From: Fidelibacterota bacterium
GTDB lineage: Bacteria > Fidelibacterota > Marinisomatia > Marinisomatales > UBA1611
DNA length: 64,000 bases
Reading direction: 5' to 3'
Assembly: GCA_045568995.1 (NCBI GenBank)
Contig: JBJKZY010000044.1
Span: forward strand, 1,688 to 65,687
The notes below the pieces were generated by a model, which was given only the letters and a program-made list of their open reading frames with translations, was not told where the DNA came from and made no database searches. How positions within the stretch are numbered: the first letter of the stretch is position 1; the number at the start of each line of letters is the position of its first letter. Both the position numbers and the translations under genes were made by a program. Shown in pieces: positions 29,977-39,844 of the stretch.

Positions 29977-32766
29977 TTAGAATCTAACAGTTAAGCCTGT
30001 GTTAAAGTATCTGGGTGTTCCTAAGAATACTTCAGCATTGTGTGCTGCATGAACCTTATCACCCCAACTATTATATTGACTATGGTCTGTTGCGTCTTGC
30101 ACATATACCGCATCAAGAGCATTAAATACATGTATAAAAGCAGACATTTTAGTTCCTGCAATTTCCATTGGTAAATCATAATTAATATGTAAATCTACTT
30201 TTTGATAACTAGGAGCCATCCATACCTGGGCTCGATCAGCTTCCCCACCAGCATCCATTTCACGAGCATCTGGGCTCCAATCAGAATAGTTTTTATCATA
30301 GTAATTCATAGTCGCTTGAACACTTAAGCCCGCCATTGGAGTCAGAGTTGCCCCTAACGCGATGCCTGTTTGAGGCATATCTCCAACGTAAAGATCTTCA
30401 AGTGCATAAGTATAAGAAGTTTGAACGGTACCTGAATCAGTATATTCTTGATAGTTACCTTCAGCATCACCCACAAATTTCCATGTTCCCATTCCAACAG
30501 CTGCATCTAAACGAAGCATGTCAATAACTTGCATAGATGCTTCTAATTCTAATCCAGAATGGTCTTGATCTACGCCTGTAAGAAAGATAACATCGGTATC
30601 TCCACTAGAACCCTGACCAGTTGTTACGGACTTGGTAAGATTACGATCCATCCACTTTGTCATGTAGTAGTTCGCTTTTACTGCCATATTTCCAGATCGA
30701 AAATTTAGTCCACCCTCAAGACTTGAAAATTGCTCATTTGTTGGGTTTGAGGCAACCGTTCCATCATAATAAATCACATTATCCAAGATGGGTGGTTTTT
30801 CTACGAGACCATAATTTGCAAATAAGCTCATGTTGTCACTTAAATCATACATTAAACCACCTTTAAATTGGGTAGCTGTAATAGGATCCCCATGATCAAT
30901 AACTGGCATACCAACGGCGAATGAGTCTTGGTATGTATATGCTATTTGAGAGAATCCAAACATTCCATATGCATTAATTGGCCCAGATGAATAGGATCCT
31001 TGGCCAAAAAAGCCCAACCAGTCTACCGTTGTAACATTACTGTAAGCGATTTTATCTCCAAGTTCAACTCGTTTTCCATCAGGAGCATTATCATCAGCGT
31101 AGTCCATATAGTAGTCGCCACCAAGTAAATCTCGAACTTCACGTGCATGTTCAATACCAGCAGTTCTCCAATCTAAACCGAACTGTAACTTGAGCGCATC
31201 ACTAAGATCATAATTCATTTTTGAAATGAGACCCAAAGTACTTTGTCTGTTGATACTGTTTCTTAAAATACCAATAGATTCGCCATCGCCTCTAGAAACT
31301 GTATCAGTTTGAAATACTACGACATCTGAGGCTGCACTACTATTTGCTGCAATTGTTCCATCCCAGTCCCATGTCCAAGGGGATTGGCCATAGTAAAATT
31401 TATAACCATCTACATCCAGATCAGATACTCCTGCAGCATCTAACCTTGCTACATCACCATAGGTACCTGTACCACCACCAGAACCGCCTGACCAATAAAG
31501 AATTGAAGATAGTCTCATTTTATCATTTAGAGTTAAATAGTGATTTAAATTCACAAGTGGCTTATGGAAAAAGTTTTCTCTTTCATTTAAAAAGTCTGAA
31601 CTATATCGATCAACATTTCCACTACCAAACAATCCACCTTTACCATACATATACCAATATTGCTGGCCTTTGTAAGATGAATTTACCGGAGCCCAGTTTT
31701 GGTTATAAAAGCGATCTTTTTCTACAAATTCGCCCTCTTCTCCATATGCAGCGGTATCAAATCCTTCCATCTCACTGGCAAATTCTTGACTATATGCAGA
31801 GGCATTTTGTCTGTATAGGTTTTGACCATGTCTTTGAGGAGCTCCAACAGCATATAATTCAAAACGATTTGCATCATTCATTTGGAAGCTAGTACCTAAA
31901 TAATAAGCCCAAGCATCCGTCCATGTTTTATCAATTAATCCGCTTCCTGTTTTACGCACCAATGTTCCACTTACAGCTAATTTATCACCCATCATAAGAC
32001 CAGTATTGTAATTAAGCGTAGTTTTCAAGAAAGAACCGGCACCAACCTCTTGCTTGAATTTTCCACCCTTAGCGTGAGCAGCAGGATCGGTGATAATATT
32101 CATAGTACCACCAATAGATGGTGTAGCTAAGTTAACAGCACTTAATCCACGTTGCATCTGAATGGAAGAAGTAGCATCTCCAACACCATCCCAATTGGAC
32201 CAATAAACCCAACCATTCTCCATATCGTTTTGTGGTACACCATTAATCATTACAGCGACATTTCTTTGGTTAAAACCGCGAACGTTGATTCGGGCATCTC
32301 CAGCACCTCCACCTTGTTGGGTTGCATACACACTTGGAGTTGTATTCAGCGCCATCGGTATGTCTTGTGATCCCAAACGAGCTTCCATCTCCGTTTTAGA
32401 AACGGTTGTGTAAGCAACAGGTGTTTTTTCATCTGCACGAGAAGCAAGCACTTCAAGGCCTGACATTTCCAACGCAGATGGGGGAAGTTGAAAGTTCACT
32501 GTTCTAGAGGCATTCATGGATACATCAGAATAACCTATCATTGAAGCTGTTAAGGTTGATCCATTTGGTACATTATTTATAGTAAATGAACCACTGGCAT
32601 CAGCCGCGGCACCCTTATTTGTTCCGTCTACAACAATATTTGCTCCTGCAAGGGCAGCACCATTTGAAGCGTCAGTTACTGTACCTGATACAGTCATTTG
32701 AGCAACTAAAATTGTTGAGATGAAAAAGAAAAGGATACCTGAAAGAAGTCGTTTATAACGATTCAT
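29977..32766 (-). CDS. TonB-dependent outer-membrane receptor with CarboxypepD_reg-like N-domain
   Basis: 929 aa with a signal peptide, MTVSGTVTDASNGAALAGANIVVDG, a plug plus long barrel pattern, and terminal GLTVRF. AAGGAG (32773-32778) lies 6 nt before the ATG. Confidence 0.9.
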   Translation of the reverse strand: MNRYKRLLSGILFFFISTILVAQMTVSGTVTDASNGAALAGANIVVDGTNKGAAADASGSFTINNVPNGSTLTASMIGYSDVSMNASRTVNFQLPPSALEMSGLEVLASRADEKTPVAYTTVSKTEMEARLGSQDIPMALNTTPSVYATQQGGGAGDARINVRGFNQRNVAVMINGVPQNDMENGWVYWSNWDGVGDATSSIQMQRGLSAVNLATPSIGGTMNIITDPAAHAKGGKFKQEVGAGSFLKTTLNYNTGLMMGDKLAVSGTLVRKTGSGLIDKTWTDAWAYYLGTSFQMNDANRFELYAVGAPQRHGQNLYRQNASAYSQEFASEMEGFDTAAYGEEGEFVEKDRFYNQNWAPVNSSYKGQQYWYMYGKGGLFGSGNVDRYSSDFLNERENFFHKPLVNLNHYLTLNDKMRLSSILYWSGGSGGGTGTYGDVARLDAAGVSDLDVDGYKFYYGQSPWTWDWDGTIAANSSAASDVVVFQTDTVSRGDGESIGILRNSINRQSTLGLISKMNYDLSDALKLQFGLDWRTAGIEHAREVRDLLGGDYYMDYADDNAPDGKRVELGDKIAYSNVTTVDWLGFFGQGSYSSGPINAYGMFGFSQIAYTYQDSFAVGMPVIDHGDPITATQFKGGLMYDLSDNMSLFANYGLVEKPPILDNVIYYDGTVASNPTNEQFSSLEGGLNFRSGNMAVKANYYMTKWMDRNLTKSVTTGQGSSGDTDVIFLTGVDQDHSGLELEASMQVIDMLRLDAAVGMGTWKFVGDAEGNYQEYTDSGTVQTSYTYALEDLYVGDMPQTGIALGATLTPMAGLSVQATMNYYDKNYSDWSPDAREMDAGGEADRAQVWMAPSYQKVDLHINYDLPMEIAGTKMSAFIHVFNALDAVYVQDATDHSQYNSWGDKVHAAHNAEVFLGTPRYFNTGLTVRF

Positions 32767-32931
32767 GTGTTTCTCCTTGGTTGTATTTGAAAACTTTATT
32801 CAAAATAATGGTTAATATTAATCAAATTAAGTCAAATAATCCTAAAAAGTATTTTATTTGAATTTTTTAAATTAGGTTGTTAAAATTTTTTTTAAATCTC
32901 TAACAAAAATGTAAGTGTTTTATATTTGATT

Positions 32932-33621
32932 TTAATTAGAAAAAATATTGACAGTTGAGTTTTCTCTTTGTTTCTCAATACATCGGATAGAGTTATTTTT
33001 AACAGAATTCACCATTCTTGAAACAGGATAGTATTTAAGGTAAGTTATGTCTCCTTGGATATTATTTAGGCAGTCCGAGAATGAAAATTTTTTGCAATCA
33101 ATCCATTCATCTATTTTTTGATTATTTAAGATGACAGGCATCCTATTATGCAAATGGCCAATACTTTTAACAGGTTTTCTTGTAATTACAGTATAGCTAA
33201 ATATTATATTTGAATCAGAACTTTCCCATTTTGTCCAAATGCCAGCAAGTGGTAAAATTTTATTTTTTTTATGAGTGATATAATAAGGTTGATTATTTTG
33301 CTTATTCCATTCATAATAACCATCTGCAAGTACAACGCATCTTTGGTTATGAGTTAGATTAGAAAATGAAGATTTTTCCAAAATTGTTTCTATGCGAGCA
33401 TTTATCATCTTTTGCCCAATTTGTTCGTTTTTAGACCAAGAGGGTATTAGGCCCCATTTCATCATTTTAGTTGATTTTTTACCTTTATTTACTATTACGG
33501 GTGAAAAGTTTGTCGGCGCAATATTGTAGCTTGGTTTATAGCCTTGAGCTCCCCATTCTTCAATATTCATTTCTTCAATAATTGAAGAGATATCTTTAGT
33601 TAGGGTTTTTCTTCCACACAT
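32932..33621 (-). CDS. SOS-response-associated peptidase (SRAP/YedK, abasic-site processing protein)
   Basis: 229 aa starting MCGR (Cys2 nucleophile), with the DUF159 pattern. Confidence 0.9.
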   Translation of the reverse strand: MCGRKTLTKDISSIIEEMNIEEWGAQGYKPSYNIAPTNFSPVIVNKGKKSTKMMKWGLIPSWSKNEQIGQKMINARIETILEKSSFSNLTHNQRCVVLADGYYEWNKQNNQPYYITHKKNKILPLAGIWTKWESSDSNIIFSYTVITRKPVKSIGHLHNRMPVILNNQKIDEWIDCKKFSFSDCLNNIQGDITYLKYYPVSRMVNSVKNNSIRCIEKQRENSTVNIFSN

Positions 33622-33712
33622 AATTACTTAATCTAAAGAAAAACATCTTTTGTAATAAGCATAAGATCAAGAAATTGTGGTATATAAAATTGAATAAAAA
33701 AAAGATATTGCA

Positions 33713-34459
33713 ATGGTAAAACTAGTATTACTTCGACATGGTCAAAGTACTTGGAATTTAGAAAATAAGTTTACAGGTTGGACTGATGTGGATCTAACAA
33801 CAAAAGGTGAGGAAGAAGCAAAAGAAGCAGGGAAACTGTTAATGAAAGAAAAATTCACTTTTGATATAGTACATACTTCCTTATTAAAACGAGCAAACCG
33901 TACGATGAAAATTTGTCTTAATGAAATGGAACAGAGTGAAATCTCAATTCATTATAGCTGGAGATTAAATGAACGACATTATGGATCGTTGCAGGGATTA
34001 AACAAATCAGAAACAGCAAAAAAGTATGGGGAGGAGCAAGTTCATATATGGCGCAGGAGTTATACAACTCCACCACCAGTATTAAATTATGAGGATGAAA
34101 GGCATCCTAGGTTTGATGATAAATATTCAGATTTAAATCCAAGTAAACTACCTAATGCTGAGTGTCTCCAAGATACGGTTAATCGATTTTTACCTTACTG
34201 GCATAATTCAATCAAACCAGATTTAGAAAAAGGGAATAAAGTATTAATTGTTGCTCATGGGAATTCTCTTAGAGCTTTGGTAAAATATCTGGATAAAATA
34301 TCTGATGAAGACATATTAGATTTGAATATACCTACTGGGGCTCCGTTGGTCTATGAATTAGAAGCTGATTTAAATCCGATTCAGAGTTATTATTTAGGTG
34401 ATGAGGAAGAAGTGAAAAGAAGAGCAGCTGAAGTGGCTGGTCAAGGAATCTCAAAATAA
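33713..34459 (+). CDS. gpmA: 2,3-bisphosphoglycerate-dependent phosphoglycerate mutase
   Basis: 248 aa with [16 protein letters not shown] and [10 protein letters not shown]. Confidence 0.95.
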   Translation: MVKLVLLRHGQSTWNLENKFTGWTDVDLTTKGEEEAKEAGKLLMKEKFTFDIVHTSLLKRANRTMKICLNEMEQSEISIHYSWRLNERHYGSLQGLNKSETAKKYGEEQVHIWRRSYTTPPPVLNYEDERHPRFDDKYSDLNPSKLPNAECLQDTVNRFLPYWHNSIKPDLEKGNKVLIVAHGNSLRALVKYLDKISDEDILDLNIPTGAPLVYELEADLNPIQSYYLGDEEEVKRRAAEVAGQGISK

Positions 34460-34461
34460 TA

Positions 34462-35223
34462 TTATTTGAATATACGGTTTAACTCTCCAGATAATCGTAC
34501 TCCACCTTGTAATAGTCTTTTTTCTAATAGGTTTTTATTTTTATAAAAATATTCCCATTTCAGGTTTTCTCCTGAGTAAGCATAACACTGGTTACGCAAG
34601 TCTCTAGACTCGTGGATATATGTAAGTATATTATCCCCTTGCCATTTTCTAATTTTACCTCTGTCTTCCTCCAGCAAAATATAATCAGCGTATTCAGAAT
34701 AACTTAATTTCTGGAAATCAATTAGTTTGGAGTCCCAGATGCTATGAAGATTTGTAGACTCATTGAACCACTTTATCCGAACACTATTTCCACCTCTATC
34801 TAAACCATTTCCAACGTGAAGCGGTTGATGTAGATCTCCAACCAAGTGCACGATAAACTTTAAAGCTATTTGTTTTTCTTCTTTTTTCGAGTTTTTATTT
34901 TTTAATATTGCGATAAGCTCATTTATTTTTTCTACGGCTTGTCCAGAATGCTTATCTTTTTCGTACGTTTCACCATCAGGGATAGTGCACCAATGCCAAT
35001 CATTAGCTTTTTTCCATGCAGGGTCTGATTTTATCTCATCTGCCCAATTACTGATACGGGAAAGGTCATGGTGTCCCATAAGTTTCCGAATCTGTGTCTT
35101 TGCATTTTTTGTTAAGTATGTTTCTGCAATTTTCCCTACAATCCTGTGTCCTGTTTTTCCCCAACCATATAAACATGGAGATAATAAGGTCATGGTAATT
35201 ATTATTTTTATAATAATACTCAT
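34462..35223 (-). CDS. S1/P1-family zinc nuclease, exported
   Basis: 253 aa with a signal peptide followed by WGKTGHRIVG (N-terminal Trp zinc ligand) and HLVGDLHQPLH. Confidence 0.85.
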   Translation of the reverse strand: MSIIIKIIITMTLLSPCLYGWGKTGHRIVGKIAETYLTKNAKTQIRKLMGHHDLSRISNWADEIKSDPAWKKANDWHWCTIPDGETYEKDKHSGQAVEKINELIAILKNKNSKKEEKQIALKFIVHLVGDLHQPLHVGNGLDRGGNSVRIKWFNESTNLHSIWDSKLIDFQKLSYSEYADYILLEEDRGKIRKWQGDNILTYIHESRDLRNQCYAYSGENLKWEYFYKNKNLLEKRLLQGGVRLSGELNRIFK

Positions 35224-36452
35224 GGGTTTAAAATATGATTTATATTATTTATGTTGCCATCAATATTAGGATGAGGTTTAATACTTAGTATTTCGCAAAT
35301 TAATGGATAAATATTTACATTTTCGAAAGGGTCTATATGTTTCCCTGAAATAAAAGATGGCCCACTTGCAATAAATAAAGCATGCATACTTTTTAATTGG
35401 TTGTCATAACCATGCGTGCCTCCTTTTGGTATATATTGACCTGCTTTTGAATTACTACCAATAGCTTGATTTTGTATATACCATCCTTCATCTGCAAGCA
35501 CTAGGATATCTTTAATGCGATAATGATTTTTAAAATGGAATCTTTCAGGAATATCTTTTTTTAAATATGCTTTAATATGATCAACTTTATTTAAGTCTTT
35601 GACTACTTTCTGTAGATTTATTTTATTATCTCCATAAAGCAGTGCGTAAGGACCAGAACCTTCCTGCTTTATATCTTTTAAACTTGTATAGTCTTCAAGA
35701 TTAATTGTTCTTTTGGAGCTTATTTCAGCCATACCATGATCTGAAAGAACAATTATATCTAGTTGAGAGGAAACGGGAGTGCTTTGAAGTTTATGAACTA
35801 GCGTGCCAAAGAGTGAGTCCATTTTGCTTACCATTAAAGCTGTCTCTTTACTTTTTGGACCAGTATCATGACCAATTGCATCAGGTTCATGAAAATATAG
35901 CATGCATAGCTTTGGTCGTTTTTTTTCAGGAAGAGATAGCCAGGAAACAACAGAATCTATTCTAGATTCAAAAGGGAACCCGTGTTCATATGTTTTCCAT
36001 TTTCTAGGGAAAGTGTTTTTTATTGGAGCTTCTGTCCCAACCCAAAAATAAGATGCTGTGTTTATGCCTTGTTTTTCAGCAGTTACCCAAATTGGTTCTC
36101 CTCCATAGAATTTTGGGTCTTCAACTTTTGACCTATCGCTTAAAGTATAATGGTCATCAAATTTCGGATCGTAAAAGTGGTTTCCAATTAATCCATGGTT
36201 TTCAGCATATAGTCCGGTTGCAATACTGTAGTGGTTAGGAAATGTTTTTGAAACAAATACGGGTATAAGCCCTTCGGATTTCACACCTCTTTGAGCAAAT
36301 TGATCCATATTTGGAGTTGGGTACCAGTCTAAATACTCCGAACGAAAACCATCAAAAGATATGATCAATACATAAGAATCAGATTTTTTGGTATTATTAC
36401 AAGAGCTTAGAAATAATAGATATGTTAAGCATAATAAATAAACCGACTTCAT
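35220..36452 (-). CDS. nucleotide pyrophosphatase/phosphodiesterase (NPP, alkaline phosphatase superfamily), lipoprotein
   Basis: 410 aa with lipobox FLSSC, SFDGFR, TFPNHYSIATG (Thr nucleophile), HEPDAIGH and SDHGM. Confidence 0.85.
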   Translation of the reverse strand: MKSVYLLCLTYLLFLSSCNNTKKSDSYVLIISFDGFRSEYLDWYPTPNMDQFAQRGVKSEGLIPVFVSKTFPNHYSIATGLYAENHGLIGNHFYDPKFDDHYTLSDRSKVEDPKFYGGEPIWVTAEKQGINTASYFWVGTEAPIKNTFPRKWKTYEHGFPFESRIDSVVSWLSLPEKKRPKLCMLYFHEPDAIGHDTGPKSKETALMVSKMDSLFGTLVHKLQSTPVSSQLDIIVLSDHGMAEISSKRTINLEDYTSLKDIKQEGSGPYALLYGDNKINLQKVVKDLNKVDHIKAYLKKDIPERFHFKNHYRIKDILVLADEGWYIQNQAIGSNSKAGQYIPKGGTHGYDNQLKSMHALFIASGPSFISGKHIDPFENVNIYPLICEILSIKPHPNIDGNINNINHILNP

Positions 36453-36456
36453 TTAA

Positions 36457-37398
36457 TTATAATTTGATATATGCCAGTATCATTCTTGGGTATTTATCAG
36501 TCGCAATAAGAAATCCTGAGCTTCCAAATCGAACAATAGCTTCCCAATTTCTTGATTTTGCTTCTTCTAAAATTAAGTTAATTGGTTTTTTATTCGTTAA
36601 GCTAATACCATTTCTTTTAATTTTAAATTCAACTAATCTTTCAACTGTTTGTTCAGAATTAATTTTTTTAGTTTTACTCAGCTTATCTAAGCCAGGCCTT
36701 AAGTTTTTTTTATCTCCAGGCCAATAATAATTAATCGCCCAGAATTTATTTTTTTCAACTTTTGTTGCATCTGTAATTCGATATTCAATATTAGGTCCTT
36801 TGATTTTTTTCAGAGAAAAATCATTCAAAGATATTGATAGTTGATACGGGTCTTTTCTGAGGTTTGATCCGTTGGCCTCAAACAATAAAAGCAGGTTGTT
36901 TTTATGGCTAATAATACTCTCATAGCTCAAGTTTTCAATTTGAATTGGAGTGTTAATCTTTTGAATATCTTTTTCAAGAATATTTATTTCATATGAGTTC
37001 GGATTAATGCTTCCCCAAGCAATATAACCTACCATCACATCATTTTGATCAGCCTCAATCGTAACATACACAAGATTCTCACTAAAAGTGATAGCCTCAA
37101 AACCATCAAATCCTGGAATAGATTTTGAATAATCTGGAGTGTTGAATATAGTTTTTTTGGGTTGGATAGAACTTTTTTTTGAAGAAAGTCGTTTTTGAAT
37201 TTCTTTTTTCGTTACCATAAAAAGATAACCACCTAAATTTTCAGGAAGTAAAAAAAGATTATCATTATACCAGTCCATTCCGGAAATTTCCTGCTTTGGG
37301 TTTGTTATTATTCCTTTAAGCTCAATTTCTTGAATAGGATTATTTTCCCCAAATAAAAATATGGATAAAAAAAGAATGGTAAAGAATTTTTTTTTCAT
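36457..37398 (-). CDS. exported beta-propeller-like protein, possibly esterase-like-activity-of-phytase family
   Basis: 313 aa with a signal peptide. It has EISGMDW, GFDGFEAITF, a segment (NWEAIV...GFLIATDKYP) and recurring blade-like segments. Assignment is from memory of PF13449-like patterns. Confidence 0.4.
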   Translation of the reverse strand: MKKKFFTILFLSIFLFGENNPIQEIELKGIITNPKQEISGMDWYNDNLFLLPENLGGYLFMVTKKEIQKRLSSKKSSIQPKKTIFNTPDYSKSIPGFDGFEAITFSENLVYVTIEADQNDVMVGYIAWGSINPNSYEINILEKDIQKINTPIQIENLSYESIISHKNNLLLLFEANGSNLRKDPYQLSISLNDFSLKKIKGPNIEYRITDATKVEKNKFWAINYYWPGDKKNLRPGLDKLSKTKKINSEQTVERLVEFKIKRNGISLTNKKPINLILEEAKSRNWEAIVRFGSSGFLIATDKYPRMILAYIKL

Positions 37399-37715
37399 TA
37401 CTTATCAAATGTTTCACAAAGTTTTTTTAAAAAGTCAAAAGAATATATGCCATCCGAGTGACCGTCTCTCCAAAATGGGCGAATTGCATAATGACCTATT
37501 GATTGGATACCTGTTATCTGATAGCTTTCTTCTTTCATTATTTGAGGTGGACCCTTATAGATATTACCAAAAACATCCGTTTCACCTGAACAATGTGCGC
37601 AAGGGCAATTATCTCGAATAGGTTTAAGGGGCAGAGCATTTTCAGATTTGTTATCCCATTGTAATAACAGGAGATCATTTAATACTTCAAAATGAATTAA
37701 ATTGATTTTGGACAT
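37398..37715 (-). CDS. DUF971 domain protein (gamma-butyrobetaine hydroxylase-like N-terminal domain)
   Basis: 105 aa with the CPCAHCSGE motif and a DGH..GIY tail. Confidence 0.7.
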   Translation of the reverse strand: MSKINLIHFEVLNDLLLLQWDNKSENALPLKPIRDNCPCAHCSGETDVFGNIYKGPPQIMKEESYQITGIQSIGHYAIRPFWRDGHSDGIYSFDFLKKLCETFDK

Positions 37716-38633
37716 TTATTTTAAGTACAACAATTTTTGAGATTGAATAGAAAATGGCGTTTGGATAACAAGAAAATACATACCGCTAGCTATGTTTTTT
37801 GGTTCCCAATAAAAAGTATTTAAACCTGATTCCAATGGCCCTGAGTATATAGTGTTTATTTGCTGACCATTGGAATTATATATTTTAGCTAAAACATTTT
37901 TTATAGGATTTTGAGCCTTAAGTTTTATTTTAGTTTTTGGATTAAATGGATTTGGATAAGATGCAAATAAGTTTATTTCAAAAGGAGGTTCATAGTAAGA
38001 ACCAAATGTTCCTAGAATAGGTGCATTTAAATTTTCGAGTGAAAAGGTTCCATTGTTAATACTTATAGTATGTGGTGGAAAATAAAAAGCAGGTTTAATC
38101 ATTATAGTGTTAAATGTTCCAACTAAAGTTGAGTCTGTTGCTATTCCTATTTCTAAATTCCCTTCTAATCCAAGATAAAGGTTATCGGAGAAAGAAGAAA
38201 AAATATCATTAAATATGTCATCGGTTTCTTGGTTGCCAGATGTATCAGTGAAAAATTCAAAAACTTCCTCCACAAAAGAGGAGTCTAGTTGAGGCATGAA
38301 AACAATAATGCTTTCAAGGCTTAAAGGATTGCTTTCATCTCCTTCTCCGGGGATATCCCAACTTCTTGGTTGAATTGGGAATGTAGTATCCCTTAGAACA
38401 GCTAAAAATAAATCAAATTCATTTTCATCTTGCTGGGTAATAGAGGCCATAACTAAAAGCGCTGTATCATTAACGACTTGATTAATTGTTATTCCAGTTA
38501 CTAAAGAATCTTCTGAAATAGATGTAAAAGATCCGTCAACAGTGCCATTATAACTAAACTCTATTTCACCTTGGTAAATATTTTGGGCAGAAGACAACGC
38601 ACATAAATAAAAAAAGACTAAGTATCGTATCAT
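37716..38633 (-). CDS. secreted protein with T9SS C-terminal sorting domain
   Basis: 305 aa with a signal peptide. The C-terminal ~80 aa reads SYPNPFNPKTKIKL...IYNSNGQQI...GMYFLVIQT...SQKLLYLK, the type-A CTD pattern. The N-domain is unknown. Confidence 0.75.
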   Translation of the reverse strand: MIRYLVFFYLCALSSAQNIYQGEIEFSYNGTVDGSFTSISEDSLVTGITINQVVNDTALLVMASITQQDENEFDLFLAVLRDTTFPIQPRSWDIPGEGDESNPLSLESIIVFMPQLDSSFVEEVFEFFTDTSGNQETDDIFNDIFSSFSDNLYLGLEGNLEIGIATDSTLVGTFNTIMIKPAFYFPPHTISINNGTFSLENLNAPILGTFGSYYEPPFEINLFASYPNPFNPKTKIKLKAQNPIKNVLAKIYNSNGQQINTIYSGPLESGLNTFYWEPKNIASGMYFLVIQTPFSIQSQKLLYLK

Positions 38634-38661
38634 TTTTTAAGAAAAGATTTATTACGAGGAG

Positions 38662-39690
38662 TTAAAATGGCCATTTAATCCAATCTGGAAGTTTTGGATG
38701 TCCACCGTAATCAAATTCATATCCAAAAGAAACACCTATGTCAATCCAATAGGTTGCTTGGCTTTGACCTTCGGAATTGTCTGCTTTTTGAATAAGATTG
38801 GAACGCCCAGTAACTCTCATCTCAAAGGCACTTAATTGTTCTTCTATATCTCTAATTCTAAAACTTTCTAAAATTTTGTAATCAACAAATTGCCCTATCA
38901 AAAGGTTAAGTGGTTTAAAAAGTTCAATAGATCCATATTTTTCTAAAATGATTTCTCCAAGAGGAATATCTATGCTGCCTCCTAAAATAGTTCCAGCAGT
39001 AAATCCACTTACATAATCTGCTTTAGTTGAATCAAAATCATTTGAGCTATACAAGCCAGTACATGCTGTAGCACTAAAACTTGTATTTCCAATAAAAAAT
39101 CCTGGACTAACTCCTATTTGGTATGCTGGTCCTCCAAAGGTGGGACCGTTTAAATTGTTTGATTGCTGCCAATTGTAATAAGCAAGTTCAGCTATAATAT
39201 TCATATAAAAATTGCCAGCAAAAAATCCATAAGGACTTCCAATGGATAAGCCATAGATAAAATTACTTTCGTCAAATTCAGATGTAAATGACTCCCCTCT
39301 CAAGGGAGCGGGAAGAGGATGCCCAGTATATAAATTCAAGCTCCAGTTTGGTACAAGAACATATTCCACATCTTCATAATTAACTGGAGCCTTAACTTGC
39401 TGAGAATTACCAGCTTGTTGAGCATCTACAAATTTTCCATTCTGGTAAAAATGAAAAACTTTTCCATTAGCAATAGGAACCATCCCATTATTGATTTTTA
39501 CTGAATCAATGCTTTGCAGTAATATTTCTTCAGGGAATGTCAATCCTTTTGGGGTAATGATCACAAATTTATTATCAATTGTTTTAACATCGCCTTCAAT
39601 AATGGTTTGATCATTGAAAACTATAATTCCTTCAATTGAAAAAAGAAGACTACTAAGTAAAGTGGAGATAATTATTAATTTCATATTCAA
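38662..39690 (-). CDS. hypothetical outer-membrane protein (soluble N-domain + beta-barrel-like C-region)
   Basis: 342 aa with a signal peptide, a G/Y/F-rich C-half and a terminal ...IKWPF (C-terminal Phe). Confidence 0.45.
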   Translation of the reverse strand: MNMKLIIISTLLSSLLFSIEGIIVFNDQTIIEGDVKTIDNKFVIITPKGLTFPEEILLQSIDSVKINNGMVPIANGKVFHFYQNGKFVDAQQAGNSQQVKAPVNYEDVEYVLVPNWSLNLYTGHPLPAPLRGESFTSEFDESNFIYGLSIGSPYGFFAGNFYMNIIAELAYYNWQQSNNLNGPTFGGPAYQIGVSPGFFIGNTSFSATACTGLYSSNDFDSTKADYVSGFTAGTILGGSIDIPLGEIILEKYGSIELFKPLNLLIGQFVDYKILESFRIRDIEEQLSAFEMRVTGRSNLIQKADNSEGQSQATYWIDIGVSFGYEFDYGGHPKLPDWIKWPF

Positions 39691-39771
39691 TCAGTAATTT
39701 GTTTAAGAGGTCTAAAATACATAATTATAAAGTGTAGACCAATACTGATACAATCTTTGTTCTAAATGAAG

Positions 39772-39844
39772 TGGGCCCACAGGGATTCGAACCCCGAACC
39801 AACAGATTATGAGTCTGCTGCTCTAACCGTTGAGCTATGGGCCC
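39772..39844 (-). tRNA. tRNA with CAT anticodon (elongator Met or lysidine-modified Ile2; not initiator)
   Basis: The reverse complement is GGGCCCATAGCTCAACGGTTAGAGCAGCAGACTCATAATCTGTTGGTTCGGGGTTCGAATCCCTGTGGGCCCA. It folds as a cloverleaf with a 7-bp acceptor stem, anticodon loop CTCATAA and a GGTTCGAATCC T-arm. CCA is not encoded. G1-C72 is paired and the anticodon stem lacks three G-C pairs, which argues against fMet. Confidence 0.9.

Noticed and set aside
31344-31892. A 182-aa plus-strand ORF, plus three shorter ones at 30336, 30657 and 32152, antisense to the TonB-dependent receptor gene.
   Set aside because: The H/L/Q/Y-rich low-complexity translation is typical of the reverse frame of a G/D/Y/W-rich barrel gene. 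The long open frame is explained by the locally higher GC. There is no start context and no recognisable domain.
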